From Promethearchaeota archaeon (GTDB lineage: Archaea; Asgardarchaeota; Lokiarchaeia; Sigyniarchaeales; SOKP01): 44,058 bases of DNA. The notes under the pieces were generated by a model. The model was not told where the DNA came from. It did not search any database and saw only the letters and a list, made by a program, of their open reading frames with translations. Made by a program: the position numbers and the translations under genes. Where the stretch lies: NCBI GenBank assembly GCA_048938445.1, contig JBHLME010000020.1, positions 1-44,058 on the forward strand, given 5' to 3'. The number at the start of each line of letters is the position of its first letter. Position 1 is the stretch's first letter. Shown one piece after another: positions 41,301 through 44,058 of the stretch.

Positions 41301-44057
41301 GGAATTAACGAGTTCTGGGTCGTTCCAATTGACTTCAGTGACTTTTAAATCAGTAAATGCCTCCGTAGAGTTTGTAAATCTTCCATCAAAACAACTAAAC
41401 GAATAAGTATAATTAAAACTTGCTGGATTTAAAGAAGTGGTGTATATATAGAGACATCCATCAGTATAATCATTATCCCAGAGATCTTGTTTTATCATTG
41501 AGTAATTGGAGCCGTTAATAGTCACGTAAACCTCAATGGGCATATTATTGTCTTGATCTACGTAAATCACTGTAAAAAGAATTGTCGAATGCTGATTTGC
41601 ATTTTTTGGAGTAATGGTTTCATCAATTAAAAGCGGAGCATTATTGTTGGAAATAAAATCAAAAGCGGATGTTAAAGACCATGGTCCCGTGAACATGTCA
41701 TAGGTAGGCCTTACACGCCAATAATAACGGTCAGTTTGAAGATTGAGATCTAAAAGGATAACCGTAATATTTGGTGTTTCTTGTATATCAATGATCTCAA
41801 GGTTAATATTAGAAAAATCTGAAGTATTGGAAATTTGTAGTGTGTAATTAACTCCAACAGAAGGCAGTTCTAATGATTTCCATGTAAATTCTGTCAATCC
41901 ACTGTAGATATTTTCCCCATTTGATGGATGAATTATTGGATTTGGTTTTGCAGTGAGAATAACATCATCTATATGGAATGTTCCCTGACCATCAGTAATT
42001 CCAGGAGCCAAATAAAATCGGATTCTCGAATTTGAATGAAGGGCGTTAGAAGGTAATCTTAAGTTATTAATTAAAAAAATTTCCCCTGGAACCTCATCTC
42101 CCCGAATAGAATACAAAATTCTAAAATATCCAAGATTTTCATCATAATACTGGATAAATAATTCTCCATATTCAGGAAAAACACTAAAGTCATTGCTTCC
42201 AATTCTAATCCAAAAGGATATATTAACTTCTTGATAAGTTGAAAGATCAAATATCTGAGAAGTAATACTTGCACTTTCATTTGAAAGATATGCAGAGTAA
42301 AATCCTGAATTAGATGTTGCATTATTAACACCGCCCTCACCTGAGAGAATCCAATTAGAACCAAGTGTTCCATTTTCGAAATCATCTTTAAATAATATAC
42401 CCATTGCCGAAGGATTAAAAAATGGATTAACTTCTGGACCAGGAATTACTCCTGTTGAATTTAAATTAAGACCATCTGAACAATTTATTTCAAAAAAACA
42501 TTGTCCATAATTTAAAATGGTTTCAAAATAATATTCAATCCCATCAAATGAATTGTTATCTAAAGGATTCGATCTCACCATGGAAAATGTCAATCCATTT
42601 ATAGAAATGTTAACAAATAATGGTTGATTATTATCTATATCAAAGAAATCTACAGTAAATCTAAAAATGGTGTTATTGGTTCCATTTAATGGGGACGCTC
42701 GGGGATTCATAAGGATAGGTTTATTTAAATTTACTTCATTAACTTTCAAATTACTATATATTTCACTTATATTCGAAAATCTACCATCAGAACACACAAA
42801 GTAATAAGTATAATTTGTTGGTGATTGAGGTAAATTAGTACTAAAATAATAGATACAACCATCTGTATAGTCCACATCCAATGAGTCTAGTTTATTAATT
42901 GAGTAATTCAATGCATTAATATTAAGATAAATATAACTCGGTTCATTATTGTCTGCATCAGTATAATTTACCGTAAATAAATATAATGTATTTGTATTTC
43001 CGATTTTCGGAGCTACCGATCCATTACATACGCTTGGTGCATGGTCATTAAAAATCAAATTAAATGTGAAATATTCAGTCCAATTTCCAATTAAATCATT
43101 AAAAATAGGGCATACTCTCCAATAGTAATCACCTGTTTTGAAAAGGGGTAAATCTAATAATATTGAAACTACTGTAGATCCTGGCATTTCAATTATATCA
43201 TTTACCTCTAAAAAAATAGAAGAAAAGTCAGAAGTATTAGAAATTTGTAATGTGTAATTGATAGCACCTAATGGAAGCTCCAAACTTTTCCATTCAAAAT
43301 TCGTGTTACCTGTTCCTTTATACACAATATTACTATTCTTTGGATGGACCATATCAAGATAACCTTTACCAGAAAGGAGAACATCATCAAAATGCCAGTA
43401 ACTATAACCTTCGAATCCTAGACTTTGCCTAAACCTAAGTTTAAAATCTGAATGTAAAGCATCTTCTGGTAAAATTAGATTATTTACAATATATATTTTA
43501 CCTGATGCCTTCGAGCCATAATAATGTTTAATTTGAATCCAATCTCCAGCTTCATTATAATATTCAACAAACAAATCTTCGTGTATGGAAGGTGGGTCAC
43601 TGAATGGATAATTCCCCCCTCTAATCCACCATGAAAGGGTAACGTTAATAAAATTAGAAAGACTAATATTTCGAGAAGTAAAGCTTCCAGGGCCTCCAGA
43701 GAGAAAAGCAGAATAACTTCCAGAATTTGATGTAGAATCACTTATACCCCCCATTCCCGTGATATTCCAATCAGAACCTACAGTTCCATCTTCAAAATCA
43801 TCTTTAAATATTGTATAATTTCTATAAAGCCAATAGAATGGATTGATCTCCAAACCTGAGAATACTCCAGTTGAATTTAAAAAATATCCATCAGAACAAT
43901 TTATTTCATAATTATATTGACCATAATCTAAAGATATTTCTAAATAATATTTAATACCATCTATCGAGTAAAGATCTAATGGATCAATTGGACACATTTC
44001 ATAAGAATTATCAATTATGGTAATATTAACAAAGGATGGGAGATTATTATCTAAATC
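38376..44057 (-). CDS. Giant repetitive cell-surface protein (5'-truncated by the window edge)
   Basis: Frame stays open to the edge (DLDNNLPSFVNIT.. continues the repeat); ~474-aa units of a jelly-roll domain (FEDDFEDG...DDV), an Fn3-like domain (YYWRVRP) and two Ig-like domains; C-terminal IEGPD + TM + KKN. Confidence 0.9.
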   Translation of the reverse strand, partial: DLDNNLPSFVNITIIDNSYEMCPIDPLDLYSIDGIKYYLEISLDYGQYNYEINCSDGYFLNSTGVFSGLEINPFYWLYRNYTIFKDDFEDGTVGSDWNITGMGGISDSTSNSGSYSAFLSGGPGSFTSRNISLSNFINVTLSWWIRGGNYPFSDPPSIHEDLFVEYYNEAGDWIQIKHYYGSKASGKIYIVNNLILPEDALHSDFKLRFRQSLGFEGYSYWHFDDVLLSGKGYLDMVHPKNSNIVYKGTGNTNFEWKSLELPLGAINYTLQISNTSDFSSIFLEVNDIIEMPGSTVVSILLDLPLFKTGDYYWRVCPIFNDLIGNWTEYFTFNLIFNDHAPSVCNGSVAPKIGNTNTLYLFTVNYTDADNNEPSYIYLNINALNYSINKLDSLDVDYTDGCIYYFSTNLPQSPTNYTYYFVCSDGRFSNISEIYSNLKVNEVNLNKPILMNPRASPLNGTNNTIFRFTVDFFDIDNNQPLFVNISINGLTFSMVRSNPLDNNSFDGIEYYFETILNYGQCFFEINCSDGLNLNSTGVIPGPEVNPFFNPSAMGILFKDDFENGTLGSNWILSGEGGVNNATSNSGFYSAYLSNESASITSQIFDLSTYQEVNISFWIRIGSNDFSVFPEYGELFIQYYDENLGYFRILYSIRGDEVPGEIFLINNLRLPSNALHSNSRIRFYLAPGITDGQGTFHIDDVILTAKPNPIIHPSNGENIYSGLTEFTWKSLELPSVGVNYTLQISNTSDFSNINLEIIDIQETPNITVILLDLNLQTDRYYWRVRPTYDMFTGPWSLTSAFDFISNNNAPLLIDETITPKNANQHSTILFTVIYVDQDNNMPIEVYVTINGSNYSMIKQDLWDNDYTDGCLYIYTTSLNPASFNYTYSFSCFDGRFTNSTEAFTDLKVTEVNWNDPELVNSRVTPSVGQNYTLFRFIVVYVDADNNLPLYVNISINGMIFEMIQSNPLDKNALDGIGFYYETLLEFGFHNFEINCSDGLRINSTGLITGPEVNPFFGFSRDFIIFEDDFEDGSLGSDWEYSRPPFSMGEGGVSTITSNSGVYSAYLSSGEGYIYSRNIDLSSYQFVNLSFWVRRGGYPYGEIPDINEDLIVEYYNKLNNWIQIAYYPGGIDGGQIFKVFNYILPSDALHPSFKIRFRQTDGYLRFEDYWFFDDVILTGSSLPILIKPYNNITIFSGMTNFTWENLKTPLNIANYTFQLSNVSDFSNINLEINDIQETPNITAILLDLNLQTDRYYWRVRPTYGIFTGPWSLISTFDFISNNYVPLLIDETVTPKNANQHSTILFTVMYVDQDNNRPIEIYVTINGSNYTMVKQDIWDNDYTDGCLYTYAISLAAAVFNYSYSFNCFDGRFTSSTDTFTDLNVTEVNWNDPELVNSRVTPSVGQNDTLFRFMVDYIDADNNFPLYVNISINGMIFEMIQSNPLDNNALDGIEFYYETILVYGFYDFEINCSDGLHINSTGLLSGPEVNPFFGLGKDFIIFEEDFEDGILDTDWSLTGVGGVSSATSNSGSYSAYHSEGPGSITSRIIDLSPYSFVNLSFWLRRGGSPYGEIPDINEDLFVEYYTYAGIWSQIKQYYGGGTPRQIYTVNDLILPENALHSNFQIRFRQASGSGTNLDYWYIDDVILKTLSYIKVINPENGIKLYKGIMNFTWNSLNLSLGAVNFTLEISNISDYSYINYEIVGINEMISTTNVLINLNFPDNQYYWRLRPTYNNLLGGWSYFNFYIEPNDFMPLLINGSVNPKLGNSRTQFNFTVIYIDYDNNAPIYVNLIIDGSIFSMNKINILDILYSDGCIYFIELYLTPKIENYTYHFECYDGLFSNITFEYSDLKVISDHSEPDNPIEGPDYLFFMVIGLTLGSVSLISISAVIVYIIWKKN
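39570..41822. repeat. Intragenic direct repeat: about 830-bp copies (about 39570-40400 and 40992-41822), offset 1422 nt
   Basis: e.g. tcgagagcat at 39721 and 41143; ttaatattagaaaaatctga at 40381 and 41803; long identical runs between them. Confidence 0.9.
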
Positions 44058-44058
44058 A

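Noticed and set aside
264-43741. Numerous 60-157 aa ORFs antisense to or nested in longer genes
   Set aside because: Each is overlapped by a better-supported CDS and none has a recognisable motif.
38376-44058. CRISPR array or DGR template/variable repeat
   Set aside because: The repeats are long in-frame coding duplications with no spacer structure, no reverse transcriptase, and differences not confined to adenines.
1-44058. Genome-wide TGA reassignment
   Set aside because: Several genes end at TGA at plausible C-termini, and long ORFs use TGG for Trp without interruption.

Overview
AT-rich archaeal chromosomal segment, very probably Asgard (Lokiarchaeia-like). This assignment is an inference from a gelsolin-like protein, a roadblock-small GTPase fusion, two multi-TM/longin-like proteins, large surface proteins with C-terminal anchors, archaeal isoprenoid genes and an intronless tRNA-Leu(CAG) without encoded CCA. 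About 35 CDS are present: housekeeping/metabolic genes (cimA, hisB, trmO, GGPP synthase, ubiX, GGR, GH38), a SNF2-SWIM pair, two orphan DNA methyltransferases and a giant repetitive surface protein truncated at the right edge. No CRISPR, rRNA or mobile element was seen. Two signals absent from the ORF track stand out. (1) A 22-codon leader ORF with 12 Ile codons (15107-15175), followed by a 17-bp hairpin with a pyrimidine-rich loop, lies directly upstream of citramalate synthase (Ile biosynthesis). This is a candidate ribosome-mediated attenuator in an archaeon. (2) A gene with a strong SD and ATG at 27892 carries an in-frame TGA at codon 16. It is a candidate novel selenoprotein or readthrough gene and lies 1.3 kb from a SelB-like factor. 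All protein calls come from motif recognition by eye, not database searches.
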